Below are positions 21,263-30,334 of a stretch of DNA of 64,000 nt, piece after piece. The first letter of the stretch is position 1, and each line of letters begins with the position of its first letter. Where the stretch lies: the IMG/VR virus record IMGVR_UViG_3300042975_000100, positions 80,788-144,787 of that record; one strand, 5' to 3'. The notes beneath the pieces were generated by a model. That model saw only the letters and a program-made list of their open reading frames with translations, searched no databases and was not told where the DNA came from. Source of the stretch: a virus. Taxonomy: Duplodnaviria; Caudoviricetes. The translations under genes were made by a program, and so were the position numbers.

Positions 21263-21389
21263 AATATTTGCCTCCTTTCGATAGTTGATTATTGGGTAGT
21301 TGTTAAGGAAATCAATTCCTAATGCTACCCAACTCAATACTATAATATATTATTATTTTAGATAATAGAGCAAAATGGAGTTGATTCAC

Positions 21390-21653
21390 TTACGACTTGA
21401 TGAATCGTAAGCTCAATAACGGAGTTATATCGGTTACAAGAGAATCGATATTCTTGTACAGAAACACATTGGAATCTTTGTCAAAGAGCTTTCTTTCCTC
21501 TTCAGACGTAGGGAATACAAATGCTTTACCACACATAGTACAAACATATCTTGTTGCACTATTAGGAACTACATGTCCTTTATGATCGCATGGTGCAACC
21601 CTCAGTATCTTAGAAAGACTCATATGAGCCATGTCCTTTTTTGAACAATTCAA
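21390..21653 (-). CDS. small Cys/His (zinc-binding?) protein
   Basis: CDH...CTMC. Confidence 0.5.
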   Translation of the reverse strand: MNCSKKDMAHMSLSKILRVAPCDHKGHVVPNSATRYVCTMCGKAFVFPTSEEERKLFDKDSNVFLYKNIDSLVTDITPLLSLRFIKS

Positions 21654-21718
21654 ACAATCATTCCTTTCTTAATTAAAAAGATATTCCCACTACCTGCAAG
21701 TGGTAGTGGGATATTGTA

Positions 21719-22444
21719 TTACTGACGTTGCGTTTTACGCTCTTTGGATTTGAGTGTGCTTGGAAGATAATCTTCTTCATTAACCAGATTGCTATTAATC
21801 AATGCACCTAAGAGATACGAATTCAAAAGATTTCTTGAAAGCGAATCATCTACCGTTACATCTACATCACTCTGGCTAACCATTCCTACGGTATTGATCA
21901 TACCATAGAATTCTGATTTAGCATTCATGGCATCTGCTCTATAAGTAGACAATTCTCTGATTGTCTCAGGGCAATCCATTACAGCTAAGCACTCCATCTC
22001 CCTGGAACTGGTATTACCATTCTTATCTACATCAAGCAGCAATCCAGACTTCATATCTCGCTTACTGATATTTGTAGACATAGAATTCTTCTTAGCAATG
22101 AACTGCTTCACCTTCTTCATAGGTGAATAAATGACCAATGCTTCGTAGTTGGTACTAACCGGATCACCAGCCTTATTCTTATACAAGAATGGCATAGTAA
22201 CCTTTTCCATTAATGGAGCCTTAAGATTATCAAGAGCCTTGACGATCTGATCCATCTTTGGCTCTACCTCAAATAATCTTGTTTGGAACTTTATAGAGAA
22301 ATCCTGTTTAAAGAATTCCATGAACTCTTTATCGTTCATCTTAGCAAATTTCTCTTTATAAAAATCACTGTTTTGCTCAGTTGGATCTAGAGTATCCAAG
22401 GTTTTGTAGATCAATTCCTCGACCTGTTTCCTTGCCTTATTCAT
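21719..22444 (-). CDS. virion RNA polymerase beta subunit, C-terminal fragment (phiKZ gp149-like)
   Basis: KKVKQFIAKKNSMS...RDMKSGLL...NGNTSSREMECL...IRELSTYRAD mirrors the beta C-terminus (R..TQQP..G...GEME...L...L.E.LT.KSD); driven by the late-type promoter. Confidence 0.75.
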   Translation of the reverse strand: MNKARKQVEELIYKTLDTLDPTEQNSDFYKEKFAKMNDKEFMEFFKQDFSIKFQTRLFEVEPKMDQIVKALDNLKAPLMEKVTMPFLYKNKAGDPVSTNYEALVIYSPMKKVKQFIAKKNSMSTNISKRDMKSGLLLDVDKNGNTSSREMECLAVMDCPETIRELSTYRADAMNAKSEFYGMINTVGMVSQSDVDVTVDDSLSRNLLNSYLLGALINSNLVNEEDYLPSTLKSKERKTQRQ

Positions 22445-22492
22445 AGCGATATCACTCCTCTTTACCCAAATGTCTCAAACAGTAATCTTTAC

Positions 22493-22867
22493 TTAACCAA
22501 TGCTCGAATCACCTTCTGGTATGGTAGATCTCATAGTTTCAACTACCGGGATCTTGCCACTACCAATGCGTAAACCCATCTCCATCAACTTATTTAATGG
22601 AATCTCAATGACGTAGCAACGCGTCTTGATCTTTACATGCCCTTTCTCGAATTCTTCCAAAACATAGAATCCCTGCTTATCATGCTTCAATGTAGCACTA
22701 TAAGGACGATGGCCATTGGCAGCGGCCGTCATCAATTCCATCTTTTCTTTACTGCAGAAGTAACTAACTTGATCTCTATCAAGATCAACCACTCCAACTT
22801 CTCTAGAGGAATTACCTCCTTCAAACTTATAAGATGCCGTAATACCAATAAATAATGAGTCTAGCAT
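22493..22867 (-). CDS. hypothetical protein, tandem paralog of 22884-23249
   Basis: MLDSLFIGITASYK...REV...D..G.YV.E.F versus MYSDVFIGITAIYK...REV...D..G.YVV.E.F. Confidence 0.7.
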   Translation of the reverse strand: MLDSLFIGITASYKFEGGNSSREVGVVDLDRDQVSYFCSKEKMELMTAAANGHRPYSATLKHDKQGFYVLEEFEKGHVKIKTRCYVIEIPLNKLMEMGLRIGSGKIPVVETMRSTIPEGDSSIG

Positions 22868-22883
22868 ATATCAACTCTCCCTT

Positions 22884-23249
22884 TTAGATTTTTGGAATAA
22901 TTCCCTGCTTTATACTAAAATTGATCTTAGCAAGTTTAGCAGAACTAATCCGAATAACAGATCTACGATATTTTATTACTGAATCGAATTTCTCCACAAC
23001 CACGTATATACCGAGTTCATCTTTTTCCACAGAAACTTTTGTATCGGTATCATTAAATCCATACATAGCCGCAATGTGTATTTGCTCTTCCCTAAAGATC
23101 TCAGCTAAACTGTTGAATGCCTCCTCTGAAATAAATAGTTTGGCGGCTTCTTCGCTGTCAATAGTAGAGCTTAATACTTCTCTATCAGTCTTTCCATCCA
23201 TGGAAACTTTATAGATAGCCGTTATACCAATAAATACATCCGAATACAT
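22884..23249 (-). CDS. hypothetical protein, tandem paralog of 22493-22867
   Basis: As above. Confidence 0.7.
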   Translation of the reverse strand: MYSDVFIGITAIYKVSMDGKTDREVLSSTIDSEEAAKLFISEEAFNSLAEIFREEQIHIAAMYGFNDTDTKVSVEKDELGIYVVVEKFDSVIKYRRSVIRISSAKLAKINFSIKQGIIPKI

Positions 23250-23765
23250 TTACTTATTTTCCTCCTTAGATTTGCCAATTACATCCATAAGTATATGATT
23301 ACATTGGGAGATTGTCTTTCCTCCAAGTATCATCATCTCATATGCACGAAGACGTACTACCTCTGCAGTGTTATCGCTTTGCCCATGCAGTTCTTTATCG
23401 AGATATTCCATTGCTGGATACTTATACACAGAGAAGTCTCTGTAATCCTGTTTAGGAAATCCCTCAAACTTAGGATACGGAATCTCTTTGCAAAGCAGAC
23501 CAAGCATCTTGATCTGTTTATTAAAGTATTCCATCTGCTCTTTATTCTGTATCACATGTACATGGGAAAGGTTCACTCTTTCTGCATGCAAAGCAAGTAA
23601 TTCTTTGGAAATGCGTTTCCTATTCTCAAGAATCTTTGGGCTGCAGTCCAGAGCTTTCATAGCTATCTTATCCTCTGCTACCATTTCGATAGACTCTTTT
23701 CTAAAAGCTTCTACCTTTTCTTTTGCCAAGTATTTAATTGCGTTTTTCATTTTAATCTCCTCCAA
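23250..23765 (-). CDS. hypothetical protein
   Basis: ORF in an early operon (likely start MKNAIK after GGAGGAG). Confidence 0.65.
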   Translation of the reverse strand: MEEIKMKNAIKYLAKEKVEAFRKESIEMVAEDKIAMKALDCSPKILENRKRISKELLALHAERVNLSHVHVIQNKEQMEYFNKQIKMLGLLCKEIPYPKFEGFPKQDYRDFSVYKYPAMEYLDKELHGQSDNTAEVVRLRAYEMMILGGKTISQCNHILMDVIGKSKEENK

Positions 23766-24797
23766 TTATCTGTTTACACTCTTCTTATTTTTTACCTTGA
23801 TTCCCATAGCTCCATAGATATCTATGATTCTGGAATAGAAGTCCCTTCTTTCCCTATATAACTTATTAGCCAGCTCATGAACATTCATGTCCGAAGAGTC
23901 ATAGTATTCTTTAAAAGTAATGATAGGAAACTTCTTAGGACCCTCTAGGTATATAATTCCATAGAAATTACTACTTATGCGGCTAGAAAGATATACCATT
24001 CTTTTTACCTGATTGAGGATGTTTGAATTACCTCCCTCTTCTTCAACAAACAAAAATTTGCATGCATTGTAAGTCGGTAAATCTATCAAGCAATCTTTTT
24101 CTCTATTATACTTATTTAAAGCCTGATAAAAGAGCTCATAAGACTTTCTACCATAGTCATGTAATAGGGTTGGATTTCCTTGTGGATCTTTTATAACGAT
24201 AAAAGGCTCACATTGGTCAACTATATCCAAAAATTCATTTTTATACCAACAACTGTATGCATAATACATATAACTCTCGAGATATATGCGTTGAATCTCA
24301 TCTAGCGATTCAGAAAATGCTACGAATAAATTCTTGAACAGTAGCTCTGTACGCTCCTGAAGTTCTTCTTCCGGTATGCTAAGCTGATATTTCTTTATTA
24401 GCAAACGGCAGAATTTATACTTAATCCAGAATTGAGTCTTTTCCTCGACCTCTGCTATCTTAGCTTTTCTGGCTTCCATAGCTTTTCTGATTTTCTCACG
24501 CTTTGAGCGAGCTTCCTGCTCCTTTTTATCCCTAATATACAAATCGTAGCCAACTTTGTTAATCGCTTCAACTTTGCTTAATGCCTTATAATATCTATCC
24601 TTTCTGGTTTCATATTTAGATGATACTATTGGGTCACCTTCTTCATAGATAATACCATTGTCTTTCAATACTTGAATCGTGTCAATATTCTTTGGATCAA
24701 TAGCTTGGTCGATTATCAGTTCAGACGGGAACTCATACTGGCCTTTCATAAATTCATACGGGTCGATATTTCTGTCAAAAATCTTACTATCAAGCAT
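23766..24797 (-). CDS. hypothetical early protein with a coiled coil
   Basis: 343 aa, downstream of the early promoter at 24844. Confidence 0.7.
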   Translation of the reverse strand: MLDSKIFDRNIDPYEFMKGQYEFPSELIIDQAIDPKNIDTIQVLKDNGIIYEEGDPIVSSKYETRKDRYYKALSKVEAINKVGYDLYIRDKKEQEARSKREKIRKAMEARKAKIAEVEEKTQFWIKYKFCRLLIKKYQLSIPEEELQERTELLFKNLFVAFSESLDEIQRIYLESYMYYAYSCWYKNEFLDIVDQCEPFIVIKDPQGNPTLLHDYGRKSYELFYQALNKYNREKDCLIDLPTYNACKFLFVEEEGGNSNILNQVKRMVYLSSRISSNFYGIIYLEGPKKFPIITFKEYYDSSDMNVHELANKLYRERRDFYSRIIDIYGAMGIKVKNKKSVNR

Positions 24798-25040
24798 TTA
24801 CAATCTTCCTTTCATCTTTATATTCAAAACACCTATCAAAGTTATAATATATAACTCTTATTATCTAGATTTACACTTTTCTATGATACTGAGTCTAAAG
24901 TGAGAAAAAATAAACACGGTCATTATCTATGATACGAAGTTGATCGTTCATCTCGATCTCCGAACAATTCCTTCCTTTCGTTGTAATAATATATAATCAA
25001 GACTTACGAGTTTGACATTTTACTAAAGGAGTGATTCTAA

Positions 25041-26207
25041 ATGTTCGTTCAACCGATTGATGAAGCATACTTTGGAAAGACTAAAGAGATCTTAGACATA
25101 GAGTATGCAATTAGAGATATACGAAATAAGTTCAAATTCAAGAAAGATGGATATACCGAAGAGAATCTTAAGAAGGTTCTTGATAGTAAGCTGTATGAAA
25201 AGTTTACTACCGCTATCAAGAAAGCATTCGGATTCAAAGAGGTGTATGGCGGCTTTGATACCGATCAGTATATGAACTGCTATACCTATCCTATCAGAGA
25301 AGAAAAGTACGGTCTGATGCAGGATAGATTTGAAGTAAAAGGAAAGAGTATTAAATTCAAACCAGAGCTTAAAGCGGTAACTATGATAGTTGCTACAGCT
25401 CCTTTGTTCTTTACTGATAAACTTACGAATGCAGAACTCACAGCTATCTTTCTGCATGAGATAGGTCATAGCTTTAAACAGGCCGTTATTCCGGTAGAGA
25501 CTTGCCTTGACATACTCAGAGATTCTCTTGGCTCTGTAATCTTCAATTTCCTATCGGCTACCAAGCATACGATGAAGGAATTAGAGAAGAATCCATTCAA
25601 TGCTATTACAAATCTTGGAGCTATTATAAAAGCTTCTCCAGAAGCGAAGGAACGTACGCGTAAAAGATGGCCTAGCTTATTTGAAAAGGTTCTTAGAGGA
25701 TTTAAGAATACATCCAGTGGATCTATGTATATTGACGAGAAGTTTGCTGATCAGTTCGCAGCAATGTTCGGTTATGGAGTAGAGCTTAATTCTGCTCTGA
25801 TCAAGATAGACTATGATCGTAAGGATATCAAAGGAGCTCCGGTTCTTAACTTCCTCAATACATTTGCAGGACTGATTGATCTTTCATTAGATCTGATGCT
25901 TGATTGCCATCCATTCATTGGAGCTAGGCTTAAGTCTACAGTAAACGTATTACAGCGTGAAATAGATAAGAATAGCACCCTTCCAGATTCTGAGAAGAAA
26001 AGACTCAAGAAGCAGATTGACTCCATCAATCTTCTTGCTTTGCAGTATCAGAATCTTGATAAGACCTCTAACTATTCTATGGCCAAAAAGATGTATTTTC
26101 AGTTCATCTACAATAACCTTAAGGACGGAGATGTATTTTCCAAGTTCCTGGTTGGTGCCTATAACCTTGAATTAGTAGACCAAAAAATAAGAGATGCAAC
26201 AAAATAG
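25041..26207 (+). CDS. zincin metallopeptidase-like virion (head) protein, paralog of 56872-58149
   Basis: AIFLHEIGH (HExxH), DEKFADQFAAMFGYG, HP...RL; N-terminal IDEAYFGK; late-type promoter. Confidence 0.75.
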   Translation: MFVQPIDEAYFGKTKEILDIEYAIRDIRNKFKFKKDGYTEENLKKVLDSKLYEKFTTAIKKAFGFKEVYGGFDTDQYMNCYTYPIREEKYGLMQDRFEVKGKSIKFKPELKAVTMIVATAPLFFTDKLTNAELTAIFLHEIGHSFKQAVIPVETCLDILRDSLGSVIFNFLSATKHTMKELEKNPFNAITNLGAIIKASPEAKERTRKRWPSLFEKVLRGFKNTSSGSMYIDEKFADQFAAMFGYGVELNSALIKIDYDRKDIKGAPVLNFLNTFAGLIDLSLDLMLDCHPFIGARLKSTVNVLQREIDKNSTLPDSEKKRLKKQIDSINLLALQYQNLDKTSNYSMAKKMYFQFIYNNLKDGDVFSKFLVGAYNLELVDQKIRDATK

Positions 26208-26214
26208 AGTTATG

Positions 26215-26240
26215 CCCCTTACCCACCACGGGTAAGGGGT
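26215..26240. terminator. bidirectional terminator between convergent genes
   Basis: CCCCTTACCC-ACCAC-GGGTAAGGGG. Confidence 0.75.
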
Positions 26241-26260
26241 TTAAACTCGTCAAATTGAAA

Positions 26261-27139
26261 TTACTTGATCGTAGGATGAATAGTCCAATTCACATTGGAG
26301 TATGTGAACGTTACATCAATCCCATATTTCTTTTTAATCTCATTTACTACTCTTTGCGGAGTAGCATCGCAAACTACAACAGAATAGTTCCCATAATGGA
26401 TTTTAGGCATATGGTTAAATGATGTAGGTCCATAATACTTATAGCGACCAATGCGTGGGGTAAAATAAATTCTGTCACCTTTTTCATCTATAGTGAAGCA
26501 TGTATCTCCATTAATCACAGGAGTGCCACTATCACGATATATAGCAAATGAAGATTCTGGCCATTTGGCATTTACATGGCACCCTATATTCATACCATGT
26601 TTAATGAAAAAGAGATCATCACTATTCTTAATAACTAAATCTCCATTGTCTTTAAATTCGATCTCTACTTCTTTCTTCATCTCTTTTGGCACAGGACTGC
26701 TAACTCGGTAAGATTTTCTATCCGCTTCCCTGATAGATTCTTTTACCGATTCTTTCTCATCTTCTTCTTTCATAATGCTATCAACGAACTTAGCAGACGT
26801 ACTAACAACGGAATCGGCGAGTACGTCTGAAACCACACCAGCTGTAGTTGGTACCAATTGTGATACAGCATTATGTAATTTTGCTTTGAAGCTAAGTTTG
26901 ATATCAGAATCATTAATTTTTGAAATCATCTTGCTTGCTAATGAAGCGGCTTCATACTCGTTATCCAATCCGGATAATAAATCACATAACTCTGGCAGGG
27001 CAACCAGACGCTCTATAAATTTCCCTATCACTTCTCCGTACACATTGGTTTCTTCTTTGAGTTTCTTTACATCACCGCTGATAAAATACATACCAATTTT
27101 CATTTCCAGTTCTTGTCTTTTGTTCAACTTCATTTTCAA
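26261..27139 (-). CDS. hypothetical early protein with a long structured 5' leader
   Basis: 292 aa; GGGAGG RBS; promoter at 27326 lies about 190 nt upstream. Confidence 0.7.
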   Translation of the reverse strand: MKMKLNKRQELEMKIGMYFISGDVKKLKEETNVYGEVIGKFIERLVALPELCDLLSGLDNEYEAASLASKMISKINDSDIKLSFKAKLHNAVSQLVPTTAGVVSDVLADSVVSTSAKFVDSIMKEEDEKESVKESIREADRKSYRVSSPVPKEMKKEVEIEFKDNGDLVIKNSDDLFFIKHGMNIGCHVNAKWPESSFAIYRDSGTPVINGDTCFTIDEKGDRIYFTPRIGRYKYYGPTSFNHMPKIHYGNYSVVVCDATPQRVVNEIKKKYGIDVTFTYSNVNWTIHPTIK

Positions 27140-27391
27140 ATCCTCCCAAAAAGTTTGTTTATCAAGCTACATAATCAACATTATAGTGAGTAGATTCCCG
27201 TAGCTGCTCAATGGCATTCTGTTGTTTCAACTATTCCCTATCTACGCACTCCCGCTAGCTACCCTGGGCTAGTGGGAGTTCGGTGTGACAGATATTTATT
27301 TATACAACTTATGTCATTCATCATTATAATATATAACTGAAAAGACACAGTTTAACCCACTACTCATTACGAGTAGTGGGATATATTTTGT

Positions 27392-27760
27392 TTACTGCTC
27401 AGTTAAAGGACTACCAGTCTGATAGTCATACCTGATATGAATTTCATACTCATCAGGAATCCAATTATCTATAATAGCTTCTACGTTCCTAGCTATCTCT
27501 TTAGATTCTTCATGATTGGATACATAGAATCTAAGAGAAGCATGTTTATCATGCTTAAACTTAAGACCTAAATCCATACAGAAGAACTTTACTTTTACTC
27601 CGTCAACTAAAGCCTTCCTTGGAATATTATACATACGCACTGTCATCAATGCATTCTTAAATGGAGATTCACTAGCTCCTCTGCATTGCTTGCAAAATAC
27701 TCTAGGTATACGTGAAAATACATACTTCGAAACAGTGTGTTGAAAATCTCTAGCAGCCAA
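27392..27760 (-). CDS. hypothetical protein
   Basis: 122 aa; AAGGGGG RBS; late-type promoter at 27804. Confidence 0.6.
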   Translation of the reverse strand: MAARDFQHTVSKYVFSRIPRVFCKQCRGASESPFKNALMTVRMYNIPRKALVDGVKVKFFCMDLGLKFKHDKHASLRFYVSNHEESKEIARNVEAIIDNWIPDEYEIHIRYDYQTGSPLTEQ

Positions 27761-27834
27761 TACTAGCTTCCCCCTTGTTTGTAGTTGCTCCCCATATACG
27801 TTCTTTACGTAAAAGTTTACATAGTTTTAACTTT

Positions 27835-29012
27835 TTACTTATTAGCGTTATGAGTTATAAGAGTAAAGTATAATAGAATAGCTCTATTATAACTATTCTT
27901 AGTAGGCTCTCTATGCTTTCTCTTTCTATAGGAAACGGAGTTATCCTCCAACCATCCCTCTATGATTGCACGCATTCTAAGAATATGAGGATCTTTAGTA
28001 TTAGGCTTTGGAGCGATAGTAAAGGTTATGAACCTAATATCGGTAACATCCTTTCTAGGATCTTTCTCGAAGTACGTATATACCAAGAGACGAATAAGCT
28101 CTTTGATTTCAAGATTATACTCTTTCTTACCAATGATAGCTTCGATTATATTCTTGATCTCTTCAGTCTTTACATTAGAATCAGCGCACATCTTGCATGT
28201 CTTATAATCTACAGATGCTGTATTAACACGCTGCATAGCTTTCTCTATGAATCTTTCAGCCTTTAAAGAATCAGAATCCGCCAGATGATAATCTCCCTGA
28301 TCAAATGAATCAGAATCATATGTCATATAATCCTTATTCTCATAAGCCTTATAGTACAGAGTTGCGATATTCTTCATGAATGTCTTTATACGGTCATGTA
28401 ACTGCTGTATCAGATATACTATATCTTCATCTTCAAATTCCTTGAAACGTCTCTCATATGAACTCATCCACGTTATACCAAACTTCTTGATAGTTCCAAA
28501 TACAGATCCTTCTGTTTTCAGATAGAACTTCTCAGAAAGCATATTGTTTACAACGAATTCCATTACATGACGATACTCACTTGGTGGTACTTTAGGGAAA
28601 GACATGTAGTGAATAGAAGGATAGAACTTGCCAGAGAATGCGAGATATATCATAGCTAATTCTGCATTCTTCTTATCTCTCTTCTTAATGAAGTAACGTA
28701 CTACGCACATCATAAGAATAGTAAGTTCATCCTTAGCAGCTCTAGGATTGAATGCTGGAATAGGATAGAAGTAAGTTTGCTGAATAGTCTTAGATACAGT
28801 TTCTCTATCTATTCCTACTGCAGAAAACATAGCTTCTGCATCATCTTCGCTATAGTAAATTCTATCACAAGGGCAAGTATCAAATATATATTGATTACGA
28901 TCATTGATGAACTTTTCTACTAAGCGCTTAAATTTATTCGTGTTACGAGCAAGCAAAGCATCGACCTTAGGACAGAGCCCGATACGATGACTTTAGTGTT
29001 TGATTTACTCAT
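27835..29012 (-). CDS. jumbo-phage protein, possibly virion-associated; apparent 1-nt frameshift near 28979
   Basis: GGAGG RBS and ATG at 29012 (MSKSNTKVIVS) join the 373-aa frame only if one base is added at the C run 28978-28980; motif YPSIHY.SFP...LSEKFYLKTEGS; late-type promoter. Confidence 0.7.
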
Positions 29013-29140
29013 TGTAAGTGCACCTCCAATTACCCTAATGTCGAACCATCCAATTATAAATTTTTAGCATAGTTACATAAAAAATAAAGGGAGGAGTTGC
29101 TTCGGCTGTCTCCCTTTAGAAAACCTTCTGTGCAAAGGTT

Positions 29141-29320
29141 TTACATAGCTGCCATACGGCAGCGGGTAGCCAATCCGGTTTCGGATTGCTGCCACTTGTT
29201 TATACCCTCATCCATGAGAGCGCAGAGTATTTCATCTGTGGTGCTTTCAGGATGATTGGCCTTGTATGAGTCGGTATGTGAACCTATATACTCGGCCAAA
29301 AAGCTTGGATAATCAGGCAT
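29141..29320 (-). CDS. small early protein (59 aa), not in ORF track
   Basis: GAGGTG RBS; MPDYPSFLAEYIGSHTDSYKANHPESTTDEILCALMDEGINKWQQSETGLATRCRMAAM; own promoter (29420) and terminator (29087-29117). Confidence 0.6.
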   Translation of the reverse strand: MPDYPSFLAEYIGSHTDSYKANHPESTTDEILCALMDEGINKWQQSETGLATRCRMAAM

Positions 29321-29572
29321 GATTTGTCACCTCTCTTCCTAGAATCGTGACAGCAGATATCCCTCTACCACTGCTATGGTAGAGGGATTTTCTGTGCTAC
29401 GTATTCTTTATTCACCTATATTATATATATAACTGAAATATGAGATAATGACAATATTTAGGTCTCTAGCCATCCTAGCTAGAGACCTGTATATATGTGC
29501 ACACTTCCTAGGAAGATTACCTTGATGTAGAAAAAAAGAAAGCAGCGTACTATACGCTGCTCCCTGTTTCAG

Positions 29573-29692
29573 TTAAGCTATTACGCTCCACTGAAACAGG
29601 ACCTGATCTTTTGCAGAGAGAAGAGGATACACCTCTTCGTAGGTATAACCACCACGGGTTACCATCTCCACCGCCTGATCTACTGTAATCAT
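29573..29692 (-). CDS. small early protein (39 aa)
   Basis: AAAGGAGGTG RBS; MITVDQAVEMVTRGGYTYEEVYPLLSAKDQVLFQWSVIA; own promoter (29771) and terminator (about 29539-29563). Confidence 0.6.
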   Translation of the reverse strand: MITVDQAVEMVTRGGYTYEEVYPLLSAKDQVLFQWSVIA

Positions 29693-29868
29693 TGTATCAC
29701 CTCCTTTAATTGCTACACTTATTACTATGCAGAACCAGAATTGATTCTCGCTTTTATCTCTATCACTGATATAATATATAGTCAAAATACTTTAGTCTAA
29801 CAGATCTTCTATGTTCCTTAATGACAAAAAAAAGAAAGTCCATAATGGACTTTCTTCTTAGAGATCTA

Positions 29869-30189
29869 TTAAGCAGCTTTAGGCATACTCTTATAGATCT
29901 CATCTATACAGCGGCGAGTCAGGTAGCCACCATAGCGACCATTATCCTCTACGGATATATGATCGCTATTAAAGTTACATCTGCTTGAATAGCTCTTATA
30001 CTTAAGAGATCTAAGTATAAGAGAACTAATCAAACTAATTTCGAAGTTAACGAACGTAAGCAGAACATCCACATCCTGTTTCTTATCTATAACTCTTACC
30101 TGACCATTGACGACTGTGTAGCCATCTTTGTTTATCGATGTATAGGTGCTCTTACTAATTTCTAATTTAACCATGATTAAATCCTCCAT
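29869..30189 (-). CDS. small early protein (about 100 aa)
   Basis: Own promoter (30258), GGAGG RBS, terminator at about 29834-29856. Confidence 0.65.
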   Translation of the reverse strand: MEDLIMVKLEISKSTYTSINKDGYTVVNGQVRVIDKKQDVDVLLTFVNFEISLISSLILRSLKYKSYSSRCNFNSDHISVEDNGRYGGYLTRRCIDEIYKSMPKAA

Positions 30190-30334
30190 TTAAAGTTATA
30201 TATTATTAGACTCATTACTTGTTTAGGAATAAAGTGATCTCTACTTCATTCACTACAATTATATATAGTCAAAATTTCGGACTTTTACAAAAAATAAAAG
30301 AGAGCTCGCAATGAGCTCTCTTCTATATATTGCT

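Noticed and set aside
28978-28980. Possible programmed frameshift or pseudogene in the 27835-29012 gene
   Set aside because: A single-base deficit in a short homopolymer with no slippery heptamer. Together with the similar cases at 37808, 39641 and 39945 it is most simply an assembly indel.
27140-30300. CRISPR array or tRNA genes in the hairpin-rich intergenic regions
   Set aside because: No regularly spaced direct repeats and no cloverleaf with T-loop/D-loop consensus. The hairpins fit terminators and leaders.
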